DNA of 64,000 nucleotides from Stegostoma tigrinum (lineage: Eukaryota), in contig NC_081370.1 in assembly GCF_030684315.1 (NCBI RefSeq), forward strand, positions 34,366,728 to 34,430,727. The letters are read 5' to 3'. Under the pieces are notes generated by a model. The model saw only the letters and a program-made list of their open reading frames with translations. It searched no databases and had not been told where the DNA came from. Shown here piece by piece: positions 45,901 through 60,900 of this stretch (its first letter is position 1; every line of letters starts with the position of its first letter). Made by a program: the position numbers and the translations under genes.

Positions 45901-48900
45901 CGGGAGATTACACTTGTATTGTTTTTATAACCCCGGACAGTGGAAGTGGATGGTCATCAATGACTGTTTCAGGTAAGAGTCACAACCTGATTCTTATTGT
46001 CTGCTGAATTGTGCCTGCATTAAATTTTAAAATGGGTCAACTGAAAACAGTCAATCATACCATCTGCACACAAATATGAGCAGTCTACTGCAGTGCTGTC
46101 CATTGCACTTGCCACAAGTAGCAAATCAGTCACAGTCATGGCGGATTAATGCTGTTGGGTTATTTTTGGGCCATGCAACACTGAGCTTCATCAAAGTTGT
46201 AGCTGTAGGTGTGAGGACGCTTACTGCTTGCTAGATCATAATATGTCGCCTGCCCCCAGCTGAGCAAAGAAGGAATTCACTTTGCTGCTTGACAGGCCGT
46301 AGATATTGGTTTGACTGTGTTGTTATTAGGCAGACATCCCATGCCAGTCAGGCCATGATACGTTTATCAGAACATTAAGTTATTGGTCTCTCGTGACCGG
46401 GAAGCTGAAGGACCACTTTCTCAATGAAACAAGTCATTAGTTAACCTTCTCTGTTCCTGTTCTCTCTGATGCCTCCAGCTGATGCGTTTAGATCACCAGG
46501 ACCACTTTGTGATGCACTATGAAAGAAGGGCAGTCAACAACACAAATATATTTGTTCTCAAAATTGATCTTGGAGAAGTTAGTGACATAGGAGATATGAA
46601 ATGAAAACTTCGTTGGTTAGCAAGCAGATGGCTTTTTCAAAACAGTTAAGATATATGAATTACAGACAGTACAGCATGGCTAGCTATAAGGCTAGAACTG
46701 TGCAATTTTGACAGCTGGAGCAACACTAGTGTGTTCAGCCTTCATCCCAATTGCAGGAGGTTTTTGATGAGATAAAAATACAGCATCGTGAAAGGCCTGG
46801 TGACAACACAACCAAAGCAGGTATCAGAACAGAACCCAGAACATTGATACTTTTCAATTCTAGTGGGCTGCCATGTCTCCTAAAATATTAATTTTAATAA
46901 AGCATAGTTACCGCTTGAAAATCTTATTTTTGGAACAAACTGGAGTATTCAAAACAGAATATATCAGTCAACAGCCTGTCACCAGCCTTTGAGAGCAGAC
47001 AGAGCGGTGACAAAGTTATATGGGACCATGAAGCAACAGGAATAAAAGGAACAGTCAGAGAGGACAAGATAATAAAGTGTGAAGCTGGATGAACACAACA
47101 GGCCAAGCAGCATCTCAGGAGCACAAAAGCTGACGTTTCGGGCCTAGACCCTTCATCAGAGAGTCAGAAAGGACAGGTGTGAGGAAAGGATATTTTGAAC
47201 ACCAGACATTTCTGTGCAATCATTACATAACCAGAAGATGTGAACGGGTGAATACTTACGCCAAATATTAAACATCTGATATATTGTTATTTGCAGCCCC
47301 GCCAAAGGTAAGCTTATCTGCGACTGCAATCACAATTGAACATGGTACGGAGAAATCAGTGAAATGTGACAGTGTTGATTTTTATCCTGTCTCAATTGAG
47401 ATGGGCTGGATACAGAAAACCAAAAACGAGGAACAAATGCTTTCAAAACACATCTGCACAGGATCCCCAGTTCAACATGAAAATGGAACCTACAGCGTTT
47501 CCAGCCGACTGAGGTTGAGACCAACCCTTGAAGACAGTGGCAATATTTATATCTGCTATGTGAGGCACTCATCACTTAATAAGGATTTAAAACTGGAAGC
47601 CCAACTGACTGTCAAAGGTATGTTTCATGTTTCTGTGATCTTGTACGTGAGGTCTGGTTTATGTTAGGGAATGCAGCTTCCAAAAAAAAACACTGTAAGT
47701 TTACTCTTATTACACATGAAGGTTTAACACAGTCATTTGAAATTCTTCTGTGGTTTACGGTTAGTGGCACTGATGAAATAGGCAAAAGGGAATTTTGAAC
47801 AGAATGGTATTTGTGCTTAAATTTCAAATTATGGATTTATTTGGTCCATTTTTAAACTGAACCTTCAGTGCCCCTGTTTTGGTAATAATTTGAAATTTAC
47901 ATTAACTAAATAAACTCTGTTGAAAGTTGTGCTTATGGAGTTTGATGGCTGTATCAAGTTTGATTTAAAGTTTTTCACAATTAACAGCTTTCCAAAACTG
48001 ACTTTCAAGTTTGGCATTTCAACAATACTTGAACAAAATATTTGATAGTTATAGCCTATCAAGGTTTCTGAAAAAAACTTGAAAGAAAAATATCACCAGA
48101 AGAGCCCTGAGTGGTTCGGTCATTCCTATTGTATGTGTTGCCTTTCCACAAGTTTGACACGCAACAATTTTGAAAAGTGCTATTGTAGTGGTAAAGCATT
48201 TAAAATAATTTATATGTCATGAGACTTTCTGTTTTTAGCTACATGAAAAGAAATTGCCCTTTGCTTGGTCAAACATTTCACTTCCCTTTTAAACTTGCCC
48301 TATATCCCTACATAAGTACATAACTTCTGTTGGCTTTCCAACTAGTCAGGAGCAATTGTAGCAATGAGCCATATTTTGCTTAGAAGTAAAAGGGAGCTTT
48401 TGCTGATAAATGTAAATTAACCAGCGATTTGTAGCAAAGAAGTTACATCCCGTGAACTGAGAACCAATAGAAGTTGCTAGTTGATTTTTTTTTAGCTGTG
48501 CGATTAGTTTTGCAAAAATGCTAACCTTCTCATAATTTCCATGAACTTGCTATGCTTGAATACTAACTATCCGTTAAATTTACCACAGAGAGTTAATTCT
48601 AATAATCAGCATAAGTAGCTTTTAACAGTAAGATTATTGTTAAGGACTGACAATCAAGCTGTCTGCCCTAGAAAGTGGCCACTCATACGTGTGATCTTTC
48701 CTTCTTTCTGATTGTGAATTTTAGGTTTTTTCTAACATTTTAAATCTTAATGTTTTTGCCTTAGTTTTTCTATCTTTTCAGATGCTTTTGTGTCATAGAG
48801 TCATGGAGTCATACAGCATGGAAACAGGCCCTTTGGCCCAAACTGGTCCATGCTGACCATGGTGCCCACTCAGCTAGTTCCAATTGCCCACATTTGGTCC

Positions 48901-51900
48901 ATGTACCTACCCAAATGCTTTTTAAATGTTGCTATTGTACCTGAACTCAACCACTTTCTCTGGAAGCCCATTCTGTGTGCACACCACTCTCTGCATGAAG
49001 AAGTTGCTCCTTAGGCCCTTCTCAAATCTTTCCCCTCTTGCCTTAAACCTATACCCTCTAGTTGAAAAAGTCTGTGTGCGTTCATCCTATCTGTGCCCCT
49101 CATTCTCCTATGTTCCAAGGAATAAAGTCCTATCCTGGCCAACGTCTCCCAAAACTCAGGCCTACTAGTCTTGGTAACATCCTTGTAAATCTTTTTGCAT
49201 TTTCAAGTTTAACCTTGTCTTTCCTATAACAGGGAGACCAAAACTGTGCATGATACTCCAAGTGCGGCCTCACCAGCAACTTACACAACTGTAACATAAC
49301 ATCTCAACTCCCACATTCAGTGCCTTGACCAACGAAGGCCAGCATGCTAAATGCCTTCTTCACCACCCTGTCCAACGGTGACTCCACTTTCAACAAACTA
49401 TGTACCTGTACTGCTAGATCCTTCTGTACCACAACACTCTTCAGCATCTACATGATTTACTGTATAAGTCCTATCTTTCTGTTTCATATCCTTCTTCCTT
49501 AACTTGATTTGACATTCAATTAACCCAGGCTATTTCATGTTCCTTTGTTGTCCTTTCTCACTTTGTTCTCAATCCTTAATTCTCATTGTTTAGAGAAATA
49601 AGGTGTTTGTTCTGCTTTGGACTATCCCAGTTACTCTTCCTTTGCAGCATTATTTTCTGATCATACCTCAGCAAACTTGTCTTTAAAATGCTTTAAAATT
49701 CTCCACAGCAGTAAAATCTGGTCCCATACTGTTTAGAACTTGGTCAGTATTGCCAATATACCATTTGAGCTGGGACAATGCCTTGCTGTTAATCACTTGG
49801 TCATTTTCATCATAATGTTACTGCAAACATTGATTAACGTCTTGCTTCCTCTCTGCCTTTGTTCAGTCTTTCCTCATGTTTCAACAGCAACCATCTATTC
49901 AGCCTTTTTATTTGCTTAATTTCTCCAGTTGCTTCAGTTCAGGGCTGCAGTGTCTTTGTTTCCAAAGTCTGTACTTATCAACCTTTCTCCCTCTAATTCT
50001 GATCAACAGCCCTTTTAGATTTTTGAACGCCAATGCTTGATCTAACTCAATCACTTTTCTTTGTATCCTTCCAACTGGCTGAGTATCCTCTGCCACATGT
50101 TTCAAAAGCTGTTATCTTACTCTCGCCTTCTTTCTGAATGTTCAGAATTGACCTTTCACATCCCTTAGAATGCAACGTTTTGCACTATTGACTGTGGGGT
50201 TTTTTTCAGCATCATGTTGAGGCATTTGGATTTAAGATACTACTTATGTAATTTTATCATGCTTCTAACTATAGCTAATGTAACCTTTAATTCATTCTTG
50301 GATGTAACTTAGATGTTCATCATCAAGCTGAGGTGGTTGAAATCGGCATTGTTAATACTCTTATGTTAATTCTGGATTATCTCGGACAATCCAGGATTCC
50401 TAACTAGATTTGTTTGTTTGTTTGTTCATTCATTTAACTATTAAGTAAACTCAAAACATCCTTCCACAAAAACTTAAGCTTCATCTCTTGATATCCCAAC
50501 AAAACTAATTTCAACTTTGACCTGACTAATTAAATATTTTTCAGTCACTTCATTTCCAGCGTTGATTTATGATTGTGTGTTTTTTTTCTTCTCGTGTTAC
50601 TGCTTCCTTTTCCATGCGAACCCATGTTGCCTGCCTCTTGTCCTCAAGATCATTTTTGCAAGTGTTGCTGACACACCCACGCCTATGGAATAGGACTAAA
50701 AGTTGACCATATTAAACTGTTGAGCCTTTTCCATCAATAGGATAATTGCTGACCTCTAGCTTCAGCTGCAGTTTCACACCTCTGACTCATTGAATTGTTC
50801 CAGTGCAGTAGGCAGTCATTTGACCCATTATGTCGACAACTGCCCTCCGAACATTTAATGCCAATCGTTTTGCAGTTCCTCATAAATGTGTGCACTGTTC
50901 CTACTGTTGGTGCCATAACTTGGTTGATTAAAGTGCCAGTCCAATAAACAGGTGATTCTGGATTTGCATTCCAACAATGCCTGCACTTCACTCATCGTTT
51001 TAGGGTTTGGTTAGCTCAGTGGCTGGCTGGCAGGTTTGCCACACAGTGAGGTAACCAGCATGGTTTTAATTCCCACAGCGCAACAGGTTACCATTGAAGG
51101 ATTCTTCTTCTCAATTTCTCCCTTCACCTGAGGTGTGGTGAGCTTCTGATACAACCACCATCAGTTGTTTCTTCCTTGAATGACACCACAGCCCTATGAT
51201 TATTTTATCTTTTTGCTTCTTACTTTTATTTAAATAACCATCTAATACCATCTTGAATGTTTCAGTTGAACTTGACTTCTTCACGCTTCTGGTAGAGCAC
51301 TTCAAACCTTCATGACTCACTATGTGAACAAGTTTCTTCTCATTTTGAATCTGCTCCTTTTGCAAAAGTCCTCCAAACTGTTCCCTCTGGTTCTCAAACC
51401 TTTTACAAAGTGAGGGCAGTTTTTCCCTCTCCACTCTAGACCCCTCAAGATTTGAAAATTTTCTTTCAGCTCTCCTCTGTCTAAGGAAAACAGTCCCAAA
51501 TATTCCAATCATTAGGAAGTTTCTCATTCTGGAATGTTTTCATAAGTCTCTTCCATACACTGCCTAGTGCAATCACATCTGTCCTATAGCGTGGTGTCCA
51601 GAACCGTACACAGTGCTCCAGCAGAGGTCCAACTCGTGTCCTTTATATGTTCAGCACAGCCTCCCTCCTGTTATGCGCTATGACCCTCTAATGAAGCTAG
51701 AAAACTGTATGCCTTATTAATAGCTGTCATGATCTGTCCTGGCATCTTTTCATGACTTGTGTGTGTATATATACACACCAAGGTCTCTCTTCTCCTGCAC
51801 AACTTTTAGAATCATACAGTTTTGCACTGTCTCTCCATGTTCTTTGTACCAAAATGTGTCAACCCTCTCTTCTCTGTATTCAACATCATCGGCTGTCTGT

Positions 51901-54900
51901 TGTCCACTGCAGCAGCTATCCCTGAATGGCCTTTAGAAGTTCTGCACTGCCCTTCTTTACATCAACATCTTGGAACCGTGAGGAGACAGAAATAATTTAT
52001 GTATAGGAAAAGCAAAGGCTCCAGTTATTATTGTCCGCAATTATTATCCTTTTTCTTTCTGCAGTTTTCTCAGGAATTCCACTACACAACTTCCTCAAGC
52101 CCAAAAATATCCATTAATCATTTCCTATCCCGCAACCAATTCTTGCTACTGTCTGTTTAACTCCGTGACTTGCAGCTTGCTTGGCCAGTCCGCTAATAGC
52201 AATGTACTGAAAGAATTTTGCAAATCCATGTACTTCACATCAACAGCCTTGCTCTCGTCAACCCTTGATGTTATCTCTTCAAAAACAATACATGTTAGTT
52301 AGACATGACCTACCTTGAATAAATCCATGCTGACCCTTCCAAAGTAATCCACAATTTTCATTTTTGCCTATTAATTTTATCCCGAACAATTTCTCTCAAG
52401 ACTCCCCCACCACCACAGAGAGATCAGATGGTTGGTAATTGTTAAGTTGATTGTTTGAAATTTTTTTTGAGTAGGGGCACAATGTTTCCTGAATCCAGGC
52501 AAGCTTGAAAGATTATTGCCAGTATCTCTGCAATTTCTACTTTCACTTCCTTTATCTTCGGATACAGCTCATCTGATCCCAATGCCTCATGAACTTTAAG
52601 TAGTGAAAACTTAGTTAATACCTCCTTATTGATTGTAAGCCCTTCTAGACTGAGTTTCCTCCTGTCTCACCATGGCATAGGTAGCATCCATCCCAGTGAT
52701 AGATGCAGTGTGTTCATCTAACACCTTGGCTCTGCCTTTTGTCTCTGTGTAAATCCCCTTTTTGATTCCTAATCAGTCTTGCTTCTCCTTTCATCACCAT
52801 TTTACTGTTGATGTTCTTATGGAAGACTTCTTGTTGTTTTATTTTGTTAGCTGCCTGCTTTTTTGTTAATTATTATCTCTCTTTGCTCTTACTTGCCCCT
52901 CCACCTCCCTTTTGAACCATATGTATTTAGTTTGGTTCTCAGTTGCATTTACTACCCTACACACGTCATGATTTTTCTTCTATCTCATCCACGGAGCTCT
53001 AGATTTGTTTGTCTTAGCTTTTTTTACTAGTTTGAGTATATTTATCCTGACTGTATTCAAACCATCTCCCATTTGAAGATAGCCTATCGATCAGCTAGTA
53101 TTTATCCCACCAATCGATGATTCCAGTCTATTTAGCCCAACTGTCCCAGTTGGTTATTCTTGCTCTGGATGTTCAGCGTCATTTTCTAACATTATCCTAA
53201 ACCTTGTGATACAAGATCACTGTCCACTAAATGTTCCTCCACTGTCACATGAGAATCAGGTGGGCTAAGTAGGTCAAAAAATAGGTCTAGCAGTACCTTG
53301 TTTCTTGTTGGATTGAAGGCAGACTATGGTAAGAAATTCTCCTGAATGCAATCTAGCAATGGTTGCCCCTTCCTGACCCTTTATAGTACCATTATCTCCT
53401 ATCCCATAAATTAAATAAGAAGATATCTCATATGAATAATTAAAGCCCATCTTTATAACTGCTCACTGTTAACATCTATCATTTCTCTGCAGATATGTTC
53501 TTCTGTATCTTTCCCACTAGTTGATGGTTTGAAGTCTGCAGTAAGCAATGCAATTGCACCCTTTTTTATTCCTAAGCTCTCATCAAATCATTTCTGTCCG
53601 TAACCTCTGAAAAAATCCTCTTTCTTTATTGTTGTATTCTTCTTCTTAACCTGAAACACCTCCCCTCCCTTTATTTCCTTTCTTATATTTATGAACACCT
53701 TGTAACCTGAAATATTTAACACTTATACCTGCTCTTCCTTGACACAGGTATCTGTCCTTATAGAGACATCGTAATTCCATGTGACAATCTGTAACTTATA
53801 ACTCCCCAATTTTAATGATGTTCTGTGAATTCACATACGTGCAGTTTAATTCTGATTTTAGACTTCATTACTTACACCTGTATTCCGACTTCACTTATTA
53901 ACATGTTTTTCTCTGCTTCTGCACTAGCAGCCTCTCTTTGGCATTTTATGTACCTTGATATTAGGTCCTGCCTTCTGTTCCCATGTCCTACTGAATTCTT
54001 TTAAACCTTTCCCAACCACACCAGTAAAATGCCCTGCGTTCTGTCAGGGGTGGGCTATATGGCTTGCACAGGTGCCACCTTTCAAGAGTCAGACCTGGTG
54101 TTCCAGGAATCTAAAGCTCTCCTTCCTTCATGAGCTTTCCAGTCAAGATACATCTGCCTATTTCTACTCATTTGGCACTGAGAATAATCTGGTGATCACT
54201 ATTTTAGAAGTCTGCTTACTATTTTTCTCCATAACTCGCTCAATTTTGATTGCAGACCTCATCCCCCTTCCTGCCTTTGTTGCTAATACTAATTTGGATC
54301 ACAACCTCCGGCTGTTCATCCTCTCCAAGAAGAACATCATGCAGTTGTTCAGTGACATCATTGTTCCTATTACTAGATGGGCAACATATCCACCTGGACT
54401 CAAGTCAATGGTGCCCCTATTTATTAACTCCAGGATCTAATAAGTTGCCTAAGCAATTTCAACTTGCCTAGCTACCTGCAGAGAATTATACATTTGAATC
54501 CTGAGGTCCCTCTGCTCTTATACTCCCCTCTAAGTTATCCTGTTGAGCCTGCATTGTCTCTCTGTGTTCTTCTATAAAAAATACGTTACTTCACATTTCT
54601 CTGCATTGAAATTCAACTGTCAGGCGTTTGTCCATTTGACCAACTTGCTACTTTATTGGATTTAGGCTCCTGAAATCTCTTCTCTCCTCTGTCCTGAGGA
54701 AGTGTTACTCGCCCCAAAATGTGTACTCTGCTTTGTCTTCGCAGATGCTGTTGTTCTCTTTGAGGGCGGCTCAGTGACTCAGCGTTTGCACTGCTGCCTC
54801 ACAGCACCAGGGACTCTGGTTTGATTCAACCCTCGGGTGACTGTCTGTGTGGAGTTTGCACATTCTCCCCGTGTCTGTGCGGGTTTCTCCTGGGTGCTCC

Positions 54901-57900
54901 GGTTTCCTCCCACTTTCCAAGGATGTGCAGTCTAGGTGGATTGGCCATGCTAAGTTGCCCGTAGTGTTCAGGGATGTGTAGATTAGGTAGGTTATAGGGG
55001 GGATGGGTCTGGGTGGGATGCTCTGAGGGTCAGCATGGACTTGTTGGGCTGAAGGGCCTGTCCCCACATTGTAGGGATTCAATGATTCTACGATCTATGC
55101 TGCCAGGCCTGCTGAGCTTTTTTCTGTTTTTTTTTTAAATTTAGTCAGAATCTCTGCCATTTCTTTCTCCATAATTTCTTCTCTCTCTGTTTCTAAGGCA
55201 CCAACATTTGCATTAGCAATTCTCTTCATTTTTTTAAATGTTGTTAAATATCTAACTAGTTCACACTCATTTCTCTCCCCCCCCCTTTTTTAAATCAACC
55301 TTTTGGTGATGATGCTGAAGAATTTTTATAAGTCTTCAAATTCTGGAGTTCATGTAAGTTCAAGAAATGTTGAAAATGCTAACTGACAGTTGCTGGAAAT
55401 AAACGAATGTTATTTACAACTGTGAAGATGCTAACGTGAGATGTTCAGCTTTCTCCATCAACTTGCAATGCATTTCTAGTTGTATATACTTTAAACCATT
55501 GTCTTGAAGCAAGTCTCAATTTTCAGATATGGTTCTGTTTTGCTATTCACTGTTAAAACAACTGTTTATTTTACCAACAGAGCCAGAAGTTGTTGTACCA
55601 GTAGGGATAATAACTGGATGTGTAATCCTTAGTATATTGGCATGTACAGCAGTTGCAGGCATTGGATTTTTTGTGTATCTGAAGTACCTTAAAAAAGGTA
55701 ACATATCCTTCAATTCACTTTAAGAGTACAGAATATGCAAAATATTAGATAATTCTTGCTTTGTATCATGATGGCTCATCTCTGTTGCAGTTTTTGTTTA
55801 GAACACTTTTCTGGGAACACGGCAGCATCTGACTGTATCAGCATTGATAGTAAAATCATACAACAAGCAATATTAATATGTAGGGAAGGAGGCCCGATAC
55901 CATGGGTTTGCTCATAAAACAAACTTCAGATTTTCAGTAAAACTTCATGTATTTGTAAATGATCGGTGGATAATAATGTGACAAAGTAATCATGAGATGA
56001 AAGTTACCAAATTAAACATTTTTCAAAAATAATGCTACTTTGGATTATTTTATATCTGAACAAGTTAGTTAAAAGATACAAATGTCCAGTAAAGGAGGAA
56101 GATTAAATATCTTTGCAATGTCATGCACTTCTGTTCTCTGTCTTCAGCATTTGACTCGAGATGAACTAGCTCTGAACTGAGGAGCAAATTAAATGCATGG
56201 AAAGAAGCTCAAAAATGAGCACTACTTTGCTACCGTAGTTTTGTATGAAGTCATGCTGTCAGCTGTTTGTTTTCGCAACTATCTTACACTTTTTAAATGT
56301 ATTTTGAGTTCTCAAACTGATCTGTTAATCTTTATTCTGTCTCTGTCAATTCACCAGAGCTTTGTCTGTCTTTTGTGTGCATAATGTGTTTCTATTTTAT
56401 CATCTCTCTCCCTTCTGGGGATTTGTGACTAGCATTTTGTTTGTTGTCCATCCTTATGTCTACTGATCTTTCTCCCCCATACCCCTCTCTTTACCTGATT
56501 TCCCTGTAGATCAATCTTTTGCTCAGATGATCTTTCTCATTATATTGTTAAACACTGGCTTCCACACATATGTTACTGATCTCTGCTACTCTGCTTGTTT
56601 ACTTTATTTGTATCCTTCTGTCCTAAATATTCTGCTCTTCTGCCTCAATTTTCTATTTTGGTAGATGATCTGTCTGTTTGTGTCTCCCTATCTCCCAGAA
56701 CTTTATTTTAACTTTAAGGAGGCTAATGATTATTTTGGTCAAGACAAATTTATTTCAATGAGAAATGTTATGTAATTTCATTACTATTTATATATGAACC
56801 TACTGTCGTTGATCTTTGTTATTCCAGTAAGAGTATTTTGTCATAGAATAGATTAATGTTGATGTTTTGAGATGACCGACCCTGTGGTAAAGAGTGAATA
56901 AATATCCAGGTGTTTCTTTTATAGTTCCTCCAAAAGTTTCCGCTATCAGCCACCCTCCAAGAATTATACATTTCCAAGAGGCTCTCATGAATTGTCAGAT
57001 TTCCGGATATAGACCTGGGAACATTTCTATTTGTTGGTTGCTACAAAGAAAAAACAGTAGGGAACCAAATGTAATTTATTCATGGAGCTCTACACCTCAG
57101 AGCTTACAGGATTCTGGACCAGATGAGCAGAAGAAACTAATTTCAAAACATACATCTCAAATTGAAGAAGATAAATCCTTTAATTTTAAGGTGCCGATTG
57201 TTAAGCTCAACAACGATGGTAGCACCAGCGTGAATTGTGAAGTTTCGTTCTGGCCTGATATAAATACAGATAATCAAGCTATCCTCCAGGTTCAAGTACA
57301 CCATTGTGCTCTCAAAATGCCTATAATTAAGCAGACTTGCCTGAAAGTTGAAGGAAGTAAGTAAATTACAAGTGATGCCAATCAAACATATTCAAAGAAA
57401 TTTTGTTTACAAGGAGGTATGTATGTACACTTGCACACGGAGGTTGGTTTGTATAGTTAGCTAGATGGTTGGTTTGTGATGCTAAGTGATGCCAACAGTG
57501 CAAGTTCAATTCCCACATCAGCTGAGGTCACCATGAAGGTCCAGCTTTCTCAACCTCTCTCCTCCCCTTACCACCAGTCATCTCTCTCCAATTGTACCAG
57601 CCTCCACCACTTCCTCTGGCAGCTCATTCCATACACACACGCACCCTCTGCATGAAACTGTTGTCCCTAAAGTCCCTTTTAAATCTTGCCCCTCTCGCCT
57701 TTAACCTTATGTCTTCTAGTTTTGCATTCCCTTATCCTGGAGTGGCAGGGTGGGGACATTGTCAGCCACCCTATCCATGCCCGCCATGATTTTTATAAAC
57801 TGCTATAAAGTCACCCCTCAACCTCTGACATTCCAGGGAAAATAGCCCCTGCCTATTCAGCCCACCATCCTCTGCTTCCACTGTCCCAATGTTCTGTATT

Positions 57901-60900
57901 TCACAACCTTGTTATAGTAGTTGTACAATGAATAAAGCAGGATTGAAAAATTTAGACAACAGATGTTACCTTGCTACACACTGGTGAATAATTCCTTAAT
58001 CTTGTGCATGTAGGCCAGCATTGACTGCCTTTTTATTAGTTGAAGAGTGTTTTTAAAATAAGCATCGGGAGCCTCAAGACTCTAAGAAAAAAACAATGGA
58101 GTAAAGACATAAGTATACATTAACAGGAAAACGATTGTTTATTGACAATCCAAGGATCATTATGCATCGGCTTCATGCTGCAAAAAAGTAATTGCTTTGA
58201 CTTCTGACAATTGTATGAGTGACCACAGTTACTACTGAATTTCCTGTAATTACAATCCTGTACATAGTTGGACAAAAATCTATTTTTGACATCCCTGGAA
58301 TAGATAGAACAATTATTTTTGCTTTCAAATTTGTTTCACGGATCTTGATTTTGACCTCCACTTTATCACCTTTTTACCAAAAAATCAGAGCAGTGTGTTT
58401 CCTTTCATGTAGAATCCAGACATACTTCCACTTGTCGATTCTAATGTGACAGGCTTTAATAACATGTTCAATTCATTGTTTTGGCTATGGTAGAAATAGT
58501 AACGGTTACAGTTACTGTTCATTGAGCTAAACATTTTAAGTAACTGTGTTGCAGCTATACTGATCAGTGTTGTTTTAGATTAAAATTAAGGTATGATTTC
58601 TCTGGTTAGTGCACAAAAGAATACTTTTCACTGTGTCTTGGTACATGTGACAATGATAAATCAAATTAATGTTTCTGCAAACTCCTTAGCTATCTCTTTC
58701 AGAACCCTGAGTGTAGTCAATCCAATTTGGGTGGTTTATCTGCCTTCAGATCTTCCAGCTTCCCCAGCACCTTTGGCTTAGGGATGGCCACTGCACTCAC
58801 TTCTATACTCAGACTTGTGAAGTTCTGGTATGCTACGGGTGTGTTCCAACATGAAGAATGATGCAAAGTCTCTATTGGTTACATATATAAGCCCATTTTT
58901 GTACTTTTCCATATTACTGGAAGGTGGACTTGTCTATTATTGGGGAACTTTAAGGATCAGTTCATATTTATGACTTGTAAATTAAAAAAGACTATTTTTG
59001 AGTGAATTGACAGTAAAATAAATAATGACTAAGTGATCAGTAGGAACTATATCATAATAAAAATCTCCCACCATCTTTCAAATGATCAGGAACAACTGTC
59101 TCTGCTTGCATTCAACATGATAAAAAATATTAGCGGGAATCAGTTACAGAATTATATCATTTTCTAAAGATATTTGTGGACGCCAGGCAACATACATACA
59201 GTAATCCTAATTGTAGGCACAGTCCTCACTTCACTCAGGTGTTTACACCTTCTCTGCATTCCTGTACTACTATGATGCTCACAAAATCAAAAGAATTGCA
59301 TTTTTCTGTACTTGTACTGGTTTGCATGGCAATGCCTTATTTTTCAAAGTAGAACAGATGAAGAAAGCTTTGGCTGACATGTCCCCAACCTTAAGCCCAA
59401 ACTGTGAAGAAAGTAGTCCAGTTTCTGTTGTGATTGGTTTATTAAGTCAAGCACATAGTGTTCCACATTGTAACTGTACTGCTTGCCATGTGGAGGTATA
59501 AATTTATATGACAGTGAAAGACCTATGATGTTGGGAGAAGTCTTGACATGAGTCAGCAAGGTAATGCCTTATGACATGGAATCTTTGATTTATTTAGCAG
59601 AAATATGGTACTGACGGCTAAGGTTGAGAGATTCTTTAAAGAGCAAGATCTTCACCCACGTTTGCTCTCCAATTATGTAGATTATGTATCTTGCTTACAT
59701 TTTTTCTTCCTTGCTACATTTGTGAAGAATAAAATGTTTAAAAAGATATTTTGAGCCTTTATGTAATTTTATTTGTTCTCATTTGACCATTTCTCATTAA
59801 GTGGATACTTCCTTTTGAATTTGAGCCTTAATAACTGCACAGTTGCAATATTTGGTATAGTCTCCCACAGTTACATTGGCTGCATAAGACTGCAGTTGTA
59901 CAGACCAGACCATGTTTTAAAATCATGTACCTAGCTGCATTATAGCATTTTATGAAACCAGCTGACCAGTCTTCCGACACAGTTGGAACCTCACACACCA
60001 ATATTAGCAGTTTTTTTCAAAAGATGGGGATTTCCAAATTGCCCTTTTTTTCCAGTTAACATATTATAGATAGCATAATTGTCAGATTTCACTTTAAGTA
60101 GTCTACATTTATTGACTCTGAGAACTTTTAAAACATAATTGTATTTTCTCTCTTGTTTTAAAAACAAAGTTGGACCAAGAATGACTGACCCAGTGATACC
60201 ACAGTGTATTATTCATGAAGAAGTGCTTGCTGTGACCTGCCCAATCAATGGATTTAAACCTAGACCGCTGGCTATCACCTGGTACAAAGAAAAGAATGCA
60301 GTAAAAAAAGAAATTGGGAAACTTCAACCAGGAAAAACAGAGTTCTTTGAAATAACAGAACCAGGGCAACAAAAGTACACCCACAGTACAACTGAGCTGA
60401 AACATGAAGACCACACGCACACTGTTGCCAGTGTTTTGTATTTTATACCAACTATTAAGGAAGATCATGAAGCAGCATATATTTGTGAAGTAACACATCC
60501 AGCCACAGACACACAAATAAGTGAACGGATTAAGCTAAATTTAACAGGTACCATCAGCATTTCTCCATTTTTATTTTGTTTGTCTTACCACAGATTTTGC
60601 TATGATCGCTTAACAATCAGCATAGAATCAATTATTGAAGTGCACATTTAGAAGTTAAGAGCTACAGTATCGAATGGATAAGTAGTTGATTAGCAGTAAG
60701 AGCCATTACCTAACGTTGATATTGTTGCAATTTTTAAATTGTCTCTCAAAATATGACAACATTTAGAAGATCTTGGATAAAAATTGTATGTGCATCAACA
60801 TAAATGGTGGACCATTCCACCTGGGAATGAGAAACGCATTTGTTATATTTATGAAGTATTACTTGGAGGTTATATTTTTCCTGTAAAAATAAACAAAAAG

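Noticed and set aside
45610-55697. Tapasin/TAPBPL, SIRP or MHC identity
   Set aside because: There is no tapasin N-terminal domain, TM lysine or terminal KKxx, and no peptide-binding domains. V and C1 motifs fit B7-H6 best, though orthology still needs a phylogeny.
55703-55710. ATATCCTT as a U12 AT-AC donor
   Set aside because: No matching U12 branch point or AC acceptor was found, gene A has ATATCCAC, and the GT-AG phase-1 junction already keeps the frame.
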